A stretch of 64,000 nucleotides of DNA from Spirochaetales bacterium. Its GTDB lineage: Bacteria; Spirochaetota; Spirochaetia; JABEVK01. The notes under the pieces were generated by a model. That model was not told the DNA's origin and did not search any database. It was given only the letters and a program-made list of their open reading frames with translations. The stretch spans positions 96,001 through 160,000 of the forward strand of contig JBAXAI010000001.1 of assembly GCA_037142615.1 (NCBI GenBank), given 5' to 3'. Position numbers and translations under genes: made by a program. Shown one piece after another: positions 48,668 to 58,754 of this stretch (the stretch's first letter is position 1; every line of letters begins with the position of its first letter).

Positions 48668-49053
48668 GTTCACGGGTTTCGGTGTGCGGCTTGGCCCAGA
48701 AAAATGGAGCTTTCCTCATCGTTCAACGCCAGGCGGGAGGAAGTCAGGGCCTCAAGTGGGAGTTTCCCGGGGGCAAGGTCGAACCCGGCGAGTCCCCTCA
48801 AGAGGCTTTGGCCCGCGAATGGAACGAAGAATTGGGGCTGACCGTCACTGTCGGTGCATTGCACCACAAAACCACCTTCTCCAACGGCCCCAAGGACTAC
48901 GAATTGCAGGCGTGGGAGGTTGAACTCGGGCCCGGGTCGCTGGAACTCCGCGACCATCTTCAAGCCACCTGGGTTCCTGTGTCGGAATTGCTGTCCTACG
49001 ATCTTTCGGACTCCGACCGCAAGATCGCGCAATTTCTTGTCGCATCGGATTGA
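48664..49053 (+). CDS. MutT-like NUDIX hydrolase
   Basis: [27 protein letters not shown] Nudix box. Confidence 0.92.
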   Translation: MSSRVSVCGLAQKNGAFLIVQRQAGGSQGLKWEFPGGKVEPGESPQEALAREWNEELGLTVTVGALHHKTTFSNGPKDYELQAWEVELGPGSLELRDHLQATWVPVSELLSYDLSDSDRKIAQFLVASD

Positions 49054-49078
49054 ACCAATACATTGAGGCGGGTAAACT
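49050..49078 (+). promoter_or_regulatory. promoter for gpmA
   Basis: TTGAAC-17-TAAACT, followed by AAGGAG RBS. Confidence 0.55.
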
Positions 49079-49103
49079 GAGCCCGAAACAAAAGGAGATT
49101 TCC

Positions 49104-49850
49104 ATGTATAAACTTGTGCTGATCCGTCATGGCGAAAGCGAATGGAACGTCAAGAACCTGTTTACCGGTTGGGTCGACGTCGATCTGGCCGCGAGTGGCA
49201 TGCAGGAAGCCCTTGAGGCTGGCGAGGTGCTCAAGAGCGAAGGCTTCACCTTCGACCTCGGCTACAGTTCGATGCTGCGCAGGGCCAACAAGACCCTCAA
49301 CACGGTGCTCGACAAGCTGGATCTGCTCTGGATTCCGGTGAAGAAGACCTGGCGCCTGAACGAGCGCCACTACGGTGCGCTTCAGGGCCTGGACAAAGCC
49401 GAAACTCTCGAAAAGTACGGCGATGAGAAGTTCAAGCAGTGGCGCCGAAGCTATGATGTCCCGCCGCCGCCACTCCCTGCCGGCAGCAAGATGGCTCCCG
49501 CCCTGGATCCCCGCTATGGCAATGTCGCGCCCGAGGAACTTCCCGCCACCGAGTGCCTCAAGGACTGCGTCGCACGGGTGCTGCCGTATTGGTTCGTTGA
49601 AATCGTTCCCCAGCTTCTGGAAGGCCGGAAAATCATCATCGGCGCCCACGGCAACTCGTTGCGCGCCTTGCTCAAACATCTCAAGGGCATCAGCGAGAAA
49701 GACATCGCCGAACTCAACATTCCCACGGCGATCCCGCTGGTCATCGAGCTCGATAAAGACCTGAAGTACATTCGAGACTACTACGTTGGTGACCAGGCCA
49801 AGATTCAGGCCAAGATTGCTGGAGTTGCCGCCCAGGGCCAAAAGAAGTAG
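49104..49850 (+). CDS. gpmA: 2,3-bisphosphoglycerate-dependent phosphoglycerate mutase
   Basis: [38 protein letters not shown]. Confidence 0.97.
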   Translation: MYKLVLIRHGESEWNVKNLFTGWVDVDLAASGMQEALEAGEVLKSEGFTFDLGYSSMLRRANKTLNTVLDKLDLLWIPVKKTWRLNERHYGALQGLDKAETLEKYGDEKFKQWRRSYDVPPPPLPAGSKMAPALDPRYGNVAPEELPATECLKDCVARVLPYWFVEIVPQLLEGRKIIIGAHGNSLRALLKHLKGISEKDIAELNIPTAIPLVIELDKDLKYIRDYYVGDQAKIQAKIAGVAAQGQKK

Positions 49851-49868
49851 ACCACGGCACGGTTTGGG

Positions 49869-50450
49869 ATTACCACCCGGTTCGGGTGTACCCTTTGCGG
49901 CGACTGCTGCACTGGCGACCAGACCGTGTTCCTCGGGCCTGACGATTGGGCCCTCCTCGCGAAGTTCCAGCAATTTGAGGGTCTGACGGCCCTCAAGGAC
50001 GAAGGGCTTGTGCGGCTCGCGAGTTTTTTCGTGGGCGCCACCGAGAGCGTCTTGAGGCCCGCGATTGCCTTCCGAACCTGGTACTGGAAGGGCCCTCATC
50101 ACCAGTGTCCGTTCTTGGTGAACGATTTGACCCAGGGGTCGCTTCGTGGTCTGTGCTCCCTGCATCCCCAGTTCAAGCCTTTGGTTTGCCGCCTTTCCCC
50201 GTTAAGCCGAACAGTCGAAGGACCGCCGGGTACGGCCCTGGAAACGTGGTCCCTCGTTGCTCCCGTGGAAGGGTGTCCCGGCATGGGTCGCGGCGAGGTT
50301 CTCGAGCCAGTCAGGCCACCCGCGTTTTCCGTCGCGCTTGACCGCGAGGCGAAATGGGTGCTTCAATTAGTCGGCGACAGAGAGCAGTTGCAATCGGAAG
50401 ATTCGGCTTGGAATTACTACTTGCACTCTGCGCCAGCTTTCGATCGCTGA
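49869..50450 (+). CDS. YkgJ-family cysteine-cluster protein (start uncertain)
   Basis: FGCTLCGDCC upstream of the GTG at 49926, then CPFL, CSLHPQFKPLVCRLSP, CPGMG. Confidence 0.75.
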   Translation: MTTRFGCTLCGDCCTGDQTVFLGPDDWALLAKFQQFEGLTALKDEGLVRLASFFVGATESVLRPAIAFRTWYWKGPHHQCPFLVNDLTQGSLRGLCSLHPQFKPLVCRLSPLSRTVEGPPGTALETWSLVAPVEGCPGMGRGEVLEPVRPPAFSVALDREAKWVLQLVGDREQLQSEDSAWNYYLHSAPAFDR

Positions 50451-50457
50451 GGTTATT

Positions 50458-51804
50458 ATGAAAAGTTTCCCTGCCACCGCCACAGCGTGGCTTCTCGCTT
50501 TGCTGGTTCTGGTGTCCTGCCAAACGACGCCACAATCGACTGCAGGTCCGACTGGTCCTTCCAATTTTGAGAAAGGGAGCGGCGTGTTCGGTGGCAAGCG
50601 TATTTCAGCCTATTACAGCAGTTCCAACGTCTACAAGAAAGACTATCAGGTGGCCGACATTCCGGCCGCCAACCTGACCCACATTTTCTACGCGTTCATG
50701 AAGATTGACCCAGCGACCAAGACCATCGCCTTGTACGACGAGAATGCCGACATCGTGAAGAAGACCGGAAACGAGCCTGCCGGCCTGGGCTACCGGGGGA
50801 GTTTTGCCCAACTGTACCTGCTCAAACAGAAGAACCCCCAATTGCACCTCATTGCTTCGGTCGGCGGTGGCACACAGTCCGACCAGTTTTCGGACATGGC
50901 GGCCTCGGCAAAGACGCGAAAGGCATTCGCCGACTCCGTTGTCGTATTTCTCAAGAAGTACAGCTTCGACGGTGTGGATCTGGACTGGGAGTTTCCGGTA
51001 GAGGGCGGGGGCGCTAACGTCGTCCATAGCCCCAAGGACAAGGCCAACCTCACGCTGCTGCTTTCGGCATTGCGCACCGCTCTTGATGCCTCTTCGAAGG
51101 CCGACTCCCGCACTCCCTACGAGCTTGGTTTGACCGTTTCGCCCAACCCGGCCTACGGCAAGAACCTCGAAATAGGCGCTATCGCCAAGTTGGTAGATTT
51201 CCTGAACTTGATGACGTACGACTACCACGGAGCTTGGGACGACACAACCAACCACTTGGCTCCGCTCTACGCCGACCCCGAGTCTCCCGAATATCGCTGG
51301 CCCTCTGGACGCAAACTCAACGTCGACGGAGCCGTCCAGTACTATCTTGAGAACGGAGTTCCGGCGGCAAAGCTCAACGTCGGCATCCCGATGTACGGTG
51401 TAGCTTGGCAGGTGCCTGCGGCTTCGCCCAAAGGCCTTTTTGTCAAGGAAGCCGCCGGCGCCCAAATCGACAAGTCGGTGAAGACCGGAATTGTTGACTA
51501 CGCCTCGGTTCAACAACTCGTCGCCAAGGGTTTGCATCCGTTTTGGGACGAAGCCTCACACGCTTCCTACCTATGGGACAAGGACTCCGGCCTGTTCGTC
51601 AGCTATGACGACAACCGGTCTACGCTCGACAAGCTGGACTACGTGATCGAACGAAAACTGGGCGGGGTGATGTTCTGGGAACTTTCCCAAGACCGTGGCG
51701 GTGACTTGCTGAACCTGACGGCCTGGTCGCTGAAGCGCCAGGTGCTCAAGGCGTTGGGGCCGGACGTGAACCCGGCCCCCACCGTCACGACCCCAAAACC
51801 CTAA
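50458..51804 (+). CDS. GH18 chitinase-like lipoprotein
   Basis: LVLVSC lipobox; THIFYAF, SVGG, FDGVDLDWEFP (DxxDxDxE), MTYDYHG, GGVMFWELSQD. Confidence 0.92.
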   Translation: MKSFPATATAWLLALLVLVSCQTTPQSTAGPTGPSNFEKGSGVFGGKRISAYYSSSNVYKKDYQVADIPAANLTHIFYAFMKIDPATKTIALYDENADIVKKTGNEPAGLGYRGSFAQLYLLKQKNPQLHLIASVGGGTQSDQFSDMAASAKTRKAFADSVVVFLKKYSFDGVDLDWEFPVEGGGANVVHSPKDKANLTLLLSALRTALDASSKADSRTPYELGLTVSPNPAYGKNLEIGAIAKLVDFLNLMTYDYHGAWDDTTNHLAPLYADPESPEYRWPSGRKLNVDGAVQYYLENGVPAAKLNVGIPMYGVAWQVPAASPKGLFVKEAAGAQIDKSVKTGIVDYASVQQLVAKGLHPFWDEASHASYLWDKDSGLFVSYDDNRSTLDKLDYVIERKLGGVMFWELSQDRGGDLLNLTAWSLKRQVLKALGPDVNPAPTVTTPKP

Positions 51805-51816
51805 TCTTGCAGGCTC

Positions 51817-53400
51817 CTAGACCCCGAGTAGCTGGGCAAACGCCTTCAGCGCGGGGTCCATGTTGCCCTTCGACAGCACGGCCTTCGTCAGCACCTTGCC
51901 CAACTGCACGCCTTCCTGATCAAACGAGTTGATGTTCCACAAAAGGCCCTGGAACATGACCTTATTCTCAAAGTGGGCCAAGAGCGCCCCGAGAGTCTCC
52001 GGGGTCAGTCGGTCGGCCAAGAGCAGGCTCGAAGGTCGGTTTCCGGCGAAGTTTTTGTTGGGTTCGGCGGCGTTCGGCGAGCCCTTGGCAAAGGCCACAA
52101 TCTGAGCGGCAAGGTTGGCTTTGAGCTTAACCTGGCTCGTCGAACCTTCGCTGACAACATCGCTTGCGGCCTGCGAATCCCGGAAGGCAATGAACTGGAG
52201 CGGCACGCGGTCCGTGCCTTGGTGGAGTTCTTGGTAAAAGCTGTGCTGTCCGTTGGTTCCCGGTTCGCCGAACAGTACGGGCCCCGTGGCGTACTTGACG
52301 GGCAGATTGGCCCTGTTGACACTCTTGCCGTTGGATTCCATGTCAAGCTGTTGCAGGTGGGCTGGAAAACGGCTCAGGGCCTGCGAGTAGGGCAGAACCG
52401 CAGTGTAGGGCATCTTGAGTGCGTTGCGTTCCCAAACACCGATCAGTGCGTCGAGCAAGGCCGCGTTCTTGCGGAAATCGGGTTCCAGCGCAGCCTTGTC
52501 GGCTTCATGGGCGCCGGCCAGAAACCTGGCAAACACGTCAGCCCCCAAAGCCAGCGTCAGGATGGCCCCGCCTACCGCCGAGGTAGAAGAATACCTGCCG
52601 CCGATGAAGTCATCGATGTAGAAGCTGGCAAGGTATTTCGGGTTCCTTGCCAAGGGACTGGTTTCACTGGTCACGGCAATCATATGCTTGTCGCCGTCGA
52701 GGCCGGCCTTCTTGAGCGTTTCGCGAACGAAGTTCTCATTGGCCAGAGTCTCCTGCGTGGTACCCGACTTGGAGACCAGAATGAAGAGAGTACTCTCGAG
52801 CCTTACCGAGGCCAGCACGGCCGCCGCATCATCAGGATCGACGTTGGAGATGAAGTGGGCTTTCATGGCGAGGGACTTCTTTTCTTGGAGCACCCACTGT
52901 TCCAGGGCGAGCACCATGGCCCTGGGGCCAAGGTCCGAGCCCCCAATGCCTACCTGCACGACCGTGTCGAAACGTTTGCCGGTGCTGCCCTTGAGGCTTC
53001 CTGCATGAACACGGGCCGCAAAGGCAGCGATCTTTCTGGTCTGTTCGGCGTAGAACTTACCGATGTCCTTGCGGTTCAGCCGGACTGTCTTCCCCAAAAC
53101 TCCCCGCGTCAAATGGTGAAGCACCATTCTGTTTTCGCCCGGATTCATCCAGGCGCCATCGAAGAGGGCTTGATACTTTCCCAGTACCTGCTGTTCTTCG
53201 GCGAGTTGCCCCAAGAGTGCCAAAGCGGAATCGTCCACGGCCTTGGCGGCATAGTTGTACACCCAACCAGCCGCACCGGCGACTTGGTAGCGCTTGACCC
53301 GCTCGGCGGTCAGCAAAGATTCCAGCGAAGGAACCTGGGAACCTTTGAGCAGAACTTTGCCTGCCTTCGTTTTGTCTAGATTCCGATAACTCAGTCTCAT
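51817..53400 (-). CDS. pgi: glucose-6-phosphate isomerase
   Basis: GIGGSDLGP, SKSGTTQET, IGGRYS, QQLDMESNGK, GTNGQH, NSFDQEGVQLGK. Confidence 0.97.
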   Translation of the reverse strand: MRLSYRNLDKTKAGKVLLKGSQVPSLESLLTAERVKRYQVAGAAGWVYNYAAKAVDDSALALLGQLAEEQQVLGKYQALFDGAWMNPGENRMVLHHLTRGVLGKTVRLNRKDIGKFYAEQTRKIAAFAARVHAGSLKGSTGKRFDTVVQVGIGGSDLGPRAMVLALEQWVLQEKKSLAMKAHFISNVDPDDAAAVLASVRLESTLFILVSKSGTTQETLANENFVRETLKKAGLDGDKHMIAVTSETSPLARNPKYLASFYIDDFIGGRYSSTSAVGGAILTLALGADVFARFLAGAHEADKAALEPDFRKNAALLDALIGVWERNALKMPYTAVLPYSQALSRFPAHLQQLDMESNGKSVNRANLPVKYATGPVLFGEPGTNGQHSFYQELHQGTDRVPLQFIAFRDSQAASDVVSEGSTSQVKLKANLAAQIVAFAKGSPNAAEPNKNFAGNRPSSLLLADRLTPETLGALLAHFENKVMFQGLLWNINSFDQEGVQLGKVLTKAVLSKGNMDPALKAFAQLLGV

Positions 53401-53412
53401 GGGACACTCCTT

Positions 53413-53754
53413 TCAATGGATCAGTGACAATCCCTTCTCCAGGAATTGCCGGACTTCTTCTTTTGTCTTGCGACGCTCGTTCACCAGACGGTAAACCTCG
53501 CGGCCAGCGTGGAACAGGATGAAGCTGGGGATACCCGTCACTTCCTGTTCCTGGGCGACCGCTGGCAGTTCATCGATGTCCACCTGGAGGAAAGTGACCT
53601 TTCCTGAAAACTGGGTCTCCAACTCGGGTAGACTCGGCTTCAGATAGTGGCAATCCCCGCACCAAGAGGCCGTAAAACTCACCAACAGCGGCGTGTCGGA
53701 GGCCATGGCGCGCGACAGATCCTGGGCGGAGGCAACGCTATTCATGTGTTCCAT
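53413..53754 (-). CDS. thioredoxin-family protein
   Basis: FTASWCGDC, GIPSF; start could be the ATG at 53745. Confidence 0.9.
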   Translation of the reverse strand: MEHMNSVASAQDLSRAMASDTPLLVSFTASWCGDCHYLKPSLPELETQFSGKVTFLQVDIDELPAVAQEQEVTGIPSFILFHAGREVYRLVNERRKTKEEVRQFLEKGLSLIH

Positions 53755-53845
53755 TGTCTGACATTTTGCCTGTTTGGCAAGGGCGGAGGCCGGGTATTTT
53801 GATTTTTGGACGCGATTGGGTTACTGTGGAGGCTGGGGTGATACC

Positions 53846-55543
53846 ATGGCACGAGCGGCGAAACAGACCTTCCCTTCCTCCGAGAAACGGCATGTCATCC
53901 TCCGCACCGGCGAGATCCTCGGTTTGGTTGTATCCCACGGGTTCGGCTACCTCTTGGCAAAGCCCGAACGTCGACGCGGTGAAGCGAAACTGCGCGGCAA
54001 GAAAGGTACTTCCGGGGTCCTGGCCCTCCCTCCCAGTCGCTGGGTGCGTATCCGTCTGCTACTGGAAGCTCTTGGTCCGACCTTTATCAAGATGGGCCAG
54101 ATGTTCTCCAACCGCCCCGATCTGCTCCCCGAGGAGCTTCTGATCGAACTGAGGAAACTCCAGGACGGGGTTCCAGGTTTTGCCTTTGCGCAGGTGAAGC
54201 AAATGCTCGAGTCCGACTACGGTCAGGCCCTCGATGCGATGTTCCTCCGGTTTGAAGAGGTCCCCCTGGCCAGTGCCAGCATCGCCCAGGTGCATACCGC
54301 AGTCCTCAGCTCGGGGCAGCGTGTGGCCGTCAAGGTTCTCCGGCCAGGCATCGAGAGCCAGGTCGCCACAGACCTCGAGATTCTGTCGCGGATCGGCCTT
54401 TGGTTCGAAAAGATCATCCTGCGCTCCGACGTCATCGATACTCAGGGCATCCTTCGCGAGTTTACCCGGACGATGGAACGCGAAATGGACTTCCAGAACG
54501 AAGCGCTCTACCTCGAGAAGTTTGCCGCGAACTTTCGCGGGGACCCGGATGTGCTGGTTCCCAAGGTCTACCGGTCCCACAGCGCCAAACGCGTGCTCGT
54601 CATGGACTTCATCGACGGCTTGCACCCCCTCGACTGGGATGGCTACCGCCAGCACGGACTTGACCGCAGGAACATCGCCCGCAAAGGAGCCCAAGCGCTC
54701 CTCAAGCAGGTGTTCGTGCACGGGTTCTTCCACGCCGACCCTCATACCGGCAATCTGCTGATTCTGCCCGATGGCCGCATCTGTTTCCTGGACTTCGGCA
54801 TGATGGGCATCATTTTCGAGCGTTACCGAATCGCGCTGGCCCACATGCTGCTGGCTGTCGCACAAACGGATGCCCCCGCGCTGACGGCGGCGCTTCTGAG
54901 CTTGTCGACCAACCCGGATCCTGGCGACAGTACCGCCCTTGAAGAAGATGTCTTCGTTCTTCTGGAAACGTTTTCGCACGTGCCGCTGGCCAAACTCGAT
55001 CTGACCGCCTTTCTCGAAAAGACTGTCACCATCATCCTCCAGCACCGGCTTTCCATGCCCCCTTCGTTGTACCTTCTGCTCAAGGCCCTGCTCACCATCG
55101 AGGGTTTTGGACGGCAGCTCGATCCGGATTTCGACCTGGTTTCAGAAGTGGAACCCTTTGTCAGGGAAGTATTTGCCAAGAAGCTCGACCTGGGCAAGGC
55201 AGGCGGTAGGAGCGCGGAGTCGGCCCTTGACTACCTGTCGCTGGCGGCCGACCTCCCGGGCGAGTTGCGTCAGGCGTTGACTCAACTCAAGCGGGGTAGA
55301 CTCAAACTCGAGATCGACAAGGAAACGCTGGACCCTATTCTCCACAAGGCCGACAAGATTTCCAACAGACTCGCCTTTGCGCTCATTGTGACCGGGGGTG
55401 TCATGGCGTCGGCGACAGCGTTGCAGTCGAAGATTCCGCCGTTGTGGAACGACATCCCCATCATTGCCATCATCGGATTCACCGGAAGCTTCGTGCTGGG
55501 CTTTGCCCTGGCGATTTCCATCTGGCGCTCAGGGAGGTTCTAG
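53846..55543 (+). CDS. ABC1/UbiB-family atypical kinase
   Basis: LGPTFIKMGQ..S.RPD, PLASASIAQVH, VAVKV, FFHADPHTGN, LDFGMMG; two C-terminal TMs. Confidence 0.93.
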   Translation: MARAAKQTFPSSEKRHVILRTGEILGLVVSHGFGYLLAKPERRRGEAKLRGKKGTSGVLALPPSRWVRIRLLLEALGPTFIKMGQMFSNRPDLLPEELLIELRKLQDGVPGFAFAQVKQMLESDYGQALDAMFLRFEEVPLASASIAQVHTAVLSSGQRVAVKVLRPGIESQVATDLEILSRIGLWFEKIILRSDVIDTQGILREFTRTMEREMDFQNEALYLEKFAANFRGDPDVLVPKVYRSHSAKRVLVMDFIDGLHPLDWDGYRQHGLDRRNIARKGAQALLKQVFVHGFFHADPHTGNLLILPDGRICFLDFGMMGIIFERYRIALAHMLLAVAQTDAPALTAALLSLSTNPDPGDSTALEEDVFVLLETFSHVPLAKLDLTAFLEKTVTIILQHRLSMPPSLYLLLKALLTIEGFGRQLDPDFDLVSEVEPFVREVFAKKLDLGKAGGRSAESALDYLSLAADLPGELRQALTQLKRGRLKLEIDKETLDPILHKADKISNRLAFALIVTGGVMASATALQSKIPPLWNDIPIIAIIGFTGSFVLGFALAISIWRSGRF

Positions 55544-55545
55544 CT

Positions 55546-56079
55546 TTGGCAGAACTCGAAGCATTGAAGACCAAAACAACGGAATTGCTCACCGAAGGCT
55601 GGCGAAGCGGCCTGCTTACCGAAGAGGAGTACACGTGGCGCTCCGGACATGTGACGGGCGCCCGTGACGTCGGCGAGCTCGAAGCGCTGGTCTCGGACCT
55701 GCTGGAAGACAGGCCCGTTGCCTCTTCCAAAGCCCTTGCCTCACGGGCGGCTCCCCATTTGTCGGTGCTCGGGAGCCGGCGCGTGGCCGCGAGTCAGCTT
55801 GCCCTTGCCGATACGGCGTTGTCAGTCCTAGGGAACTTGGAACTCGACTACCGAGGCTTTCCCTTCGCGAGCCGTCAGTCGCTCCAACTTGTTTCCGTAC
55901 TGGGCGAAGCCCTTGTGATCATCCCTCCGGGTATCAGGGTGAAATCGAATCTTCTCCCCGTGCTGGGAGAAGTCAGTCTGGCTCCGTCGCCAAAGGTTCT
56001 CGGTCCCGAAGCCCCGGTCCTGGAAATCATGGCCGTTGCTGTTCTCGGATCGCTGCGCGTCGTCTACAGAGAGTCCTGA
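55546..56079 (+). CDS. DUF1707/LiaF-like protein
   Basis: G.LT.EEY..R...ELEALVSDL N-terminal motif plus repeated SVLG beta motifs; TTG start with GGAGG RBS. Confidence 0.7.
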   Translation: MAELEALKTKTTELLTEGWRSGLLTEEEYTWRSGHVTGARDVGELEALVSDLLEDRPVASSKALASRAAPHLSVLGSRRVAASQLALADTALSVLGNLELDYRGFPFASRQSLQLVSVLGEALVIIPPGIRVKSNLLPVLGEVSLAPSPKVLGPEAPVLEIMAVAVLGSLRVVYRES

Positions 56080-56145
56080 AAGGGATTGAAGACCTTCGGG
56101 AATCTTGCTAGTATTTTGACGTCAAGCAAAATAAAGGAGAACTCT

Positions 56146-56313
56146 ATGGCCCACAAAATCAGTGATGCCTGCGTCGCCTGCGGCGCTTGCCTCGATTCCT
56201 GCCCCGTCGATGCGATTTCGGAAGGCGATATTTACCTGATCAACGCCGACACCTGCACGGATTGCGGTGCGTGTGCGAGCGAATGTCCCACGGAAGCCAT
56301 CTCTCCGGCCTGA
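56146..56313 (+). CDS. 2[4Fe-4S] ferredoxin
   Basis: CVACGACLDSCP and CTDCGACASECP; AAGGAG RBS; TTGAAG-17-TAGTAT upstream. Confidence 0.95.
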   Translation: MAHKISDACVACGACLDSCPVDAISEGDIYLINADTCTDCGACASECPTEAISPA

Positions 56314-56348
56314 TTTGTGCCGATACTTAGGCCAGGAGTACTGTTCCC

Positions 56349-57752
56349 ATGGCAGAAGAGGGTTCTGAGGTCTTCCTGACGATCGGTGGTGACGAAGGCG
56401 GCGCGCGAGTGGACGTCTTCGTCGCACCCGATGGCATGAAGTGCTGGGGTGTTTTTTCTCCCCCCACCGAAGCGGAAGGCAAATTGTTGGTGTTTTCGGA
56501 CATTGTGGACGCCTTGCAGAACGGTGGTATCACGCACGGACTTCAGGACCGCGCCGTCCAGGAAGCGATTTTCCATTGCAACATGGAAAAAATGCGACTC
56601 CCCGAGGTTCCTTTGGCGATCGGCACCACGATGCTCAAGGAGCGCCCCGCCTTCCTTAAGTTGGAAACCCACATCTATTCCCACCACTTTGACAAAGAAA
56701 AGGCCGTTCAGGTCGATTTCAAGGAATACACTCCCTTTGTCATCGTCAAGAAAGGCGAACTTCTGGCACGGGCTGTACTTCCCCAGGGCGGGCGACAGGG
56801 AACGACGGTTTTTGGTGTCGAGATTCCCGCAGGAAAGAAAGAAATAAAAATGCTCAAGCCGGGTCCGAACACCTTTTTCGCCCACGGCAAGGTGTTTGCA
56901 CGGTTGGCTGGCCGGTTTGTTCTCGAGAACGAAAACTTCGACGTCTCCGATTTGCTCGAGATTGCGGGTGGTGTCGACTACTCGACGGGGAACCTCGTCT
57001 TCCCGGGTTCCATTATCGTGAAAGGCGTCGTTCAGGATGGCTTCAAAATCGTGGCCGGCGGCAGCATCACCGTGCACGAAACCTTGGACGCTTCGGAAGT
57101 CATGTGCCGCACCGACCTGAGCTGCAACGGCGGCATCATCGGAAAGAAACCGGGTCTGGTCCGTGTCGGGGGTAACGTCAAGGCGCTCTTTGTGGAAAAC
57201 TGCCAGATGGATGTGCTGGGCAATGCCCATTTCTCGAAGTCTCTGCTGCACACCCGACTTTCGGTCAACGGGAATCTCACGTTCGACGACGGCGGAAGGA
57301 TTGTATCGAGCTCGATTACGGTCAAGGGAAACCTCTTCTGTACCCAGTTGGGCAACGAAAATGGACCGTGTCATGTGATCGCCGGAACCGATTTTGTGGT
57401 CTTGCGAAAGATGGAAGGGATTCGGGCCAAGTACAAAGATGTGGAAGAAGAACTCTTCAAGCTCAAGGCCCGATTGGCAGAGTTGGGAAAAGAGAAGTTC
57501 GCCGACGCTGAAAAAGACCTCAAAAAGGCGATGGAAACGCTGGTCTCCGAGATGAATCAGCTCACGCCCCAGTTGTTCAATCCCCAAGAAACGAGTGTCA
57601 GGGTCAGCGGCCTCGTCCACGAAGGCACGGTGATCGAGATGGGCTACGCGCGCCTCCAGATCGATGACAAAATCAAGGGGAAGACCTTCCGGCTTTCCCC
57701 TGATCAAAAATCGATCCTGGTTGAGAAGTTCGAGAAGGTCGAAAAGGCCTGA
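56349..57752 (+). CDS. FapA (DUF342) family protein
   Basis: IVKKGELLA...G.TVFG, VDYSTGNLVFPGSIIVKG, beta-helix region and coiled coil. Confidence 0.88.
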   Translation: MAEEGSEVFLTIGGDEGGARVDVFVAPDGMKCWGVFSPPTEAEGKLLVFSDIVDALQNGGITHGLQDRAVQEAIFHCNMEKMRLPEVPLAIGTTMLKERPAFLKLETHIYSHHFDKEKAVQVDFKEYTPFVIVKKGELLARAVLPQGGRQGTTVFGVEIPAGKKEIKMLKPGPNTFFAHGKVFARLAGRFVLENENFDVSDLLEIAGGVDYSTGNLVFPGSIIVKGVVQDGFKIVAGGSITVHETLDASEVMCRTDLSCNGGIIGKKPGLVRVGGNVKALFVENCQMDVLGNAHFSKSLLHTRLSVNGNLTFDDGGRIVSSSITVKGNLFCTQLGNENGPCHVIAGTDFVVLRKMEGIRAKYKDVEEELFKLKARLAELGKEKFADAEKDLKKAMETLVSEMNQLTPQLFNPQETSVRVSGLVHEGTVIEMGYARLQIDDKIKGKTFRLSPDQKSILVEKFEKVEKA

Positions 57753-57767
57753 CGGCTTAACTCAGCT

Positions 57768-58754
57768 TCAGGTCCAAGCCTTCATCACTTCCAGATACAA
57801 ACGGTCGCTAGCATTCTTGTCGACCTCGCTCACCAGAGCCTTGCCTGTGTCCAGATACCGGAACACGGCCGTGTACTTGGAGGTGCCAACTCCTTCGGCG
57901 ACGGCAAAACCTTGCTTTGAGTCCTTCAGTACGCAGGTTTCACCCTTGGAAGTCACAAAGGTCAGTTCAAACCCGTGTTCCAGAGTGCCCGGATCGCTGT
58001 GCTTGAGAAACACCTTTCGCTGGCCTGAGGTCAGTTCCCACGTTTGTCCGGTACTGCCCGACTTGCCCTGCCATTCCAGCTTCACTTTAAGCCACTGAAA
58101 GAACAATTCCACTTCGCTCCGGTGGCCACCTTTGAACTCAACGGACACCAGATCGTGGAGTTTCTCGCGCATTTCTGCGGGGTTGAAGAAGTTGGCCGTC
58201 AGCTTGAGCAGAGGGCCGATCCGCACCCAGGAAAAGTCGCTCACCGCGGTGTTCAGCGAGGGAAACTTGCGCGAAAAGTCAGCGTAAAACAGATGAGCGT
58301 CGGGAACACCACGGGTATCGACAAAGCATCGGTCTGCGATCCCGTCGAAAAGTTCCGGAACCGGGGCGTCCTTGAGCGGCGATAGCCACCAGACGAAGAC
58401 GGGAATGTCGCGGATCAACAACGGAGTCCAGAACTCGGGACTCGCGCCAGCCCTGTCGTCACCCGAGTAGATGACGATTTCCTGGATGCACATCACCTTG
58501 TCGTTGGCATCGGCCATGCAGCGGGCCGAGACGTCGGTTCGGGTCTCGCCACCCGCATGGCGCCGAACGACCACCACGCGTGACGGGCGCTTGCCGTGTA
58601 GGTAGTTCAACGCTTCGATTAGGCGCACATCGTCGAAGTTCTCGGTGTATACCACCAGGTTGAAGAGGTTGGTCCGCGCCTCGTTGGGCGAAAACTCCTG
58701 CTGATTCTTGCGCAGTTCGGCCTCGACGGCCACTGGGTCGGCGTAGCGGTTCAT
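57768..58754 (-). CDS. opcA: glucose-6-phosphate dehydrogenase assembly protein OpcA
   Basis: LFNLVVY, RPSRVV, PLLIRDIPVFVWW, FVDT, DFSWVR; translationally coupled to zwf. Confidence 0.85.
   Translation of the reverse strand: MNRYADPVAVEAELRKNQQEFSPNEARTNLFNLVVYTENFDDVRLIEALNYLHGKRPSRVVVVRRHAGGETRTDVSARCMADANDKVMCIQEIVIYSGDDRAGASPEFWTPLLIRDIPVFVWWLSPLKDAPVPELFDGIADRCFVDTRGVPDAHLFYADFSRKFPSLNTAVSDFSWVRIGPLLKLTANFFNPAEMREKLHDLVSVEFKGGHRSEVELFFQWLKVKLEWQGKSGSTGQTWELTSGQRKVFLKHSDPGTLEHGFELTFVTSKGETCVLKDSKQGFAVAEGVGTSKYTAVFRYLDTGKALVSEVDKNASDRLYLEVMKAWT

Noticed and set aside
49794-49817. 12-bp tandem repeat CAGGCCAAGATT x2
   Set aside because: In-frame QAKIQAKI in the GpmA C-terminal helix; no sign of an insertion scar
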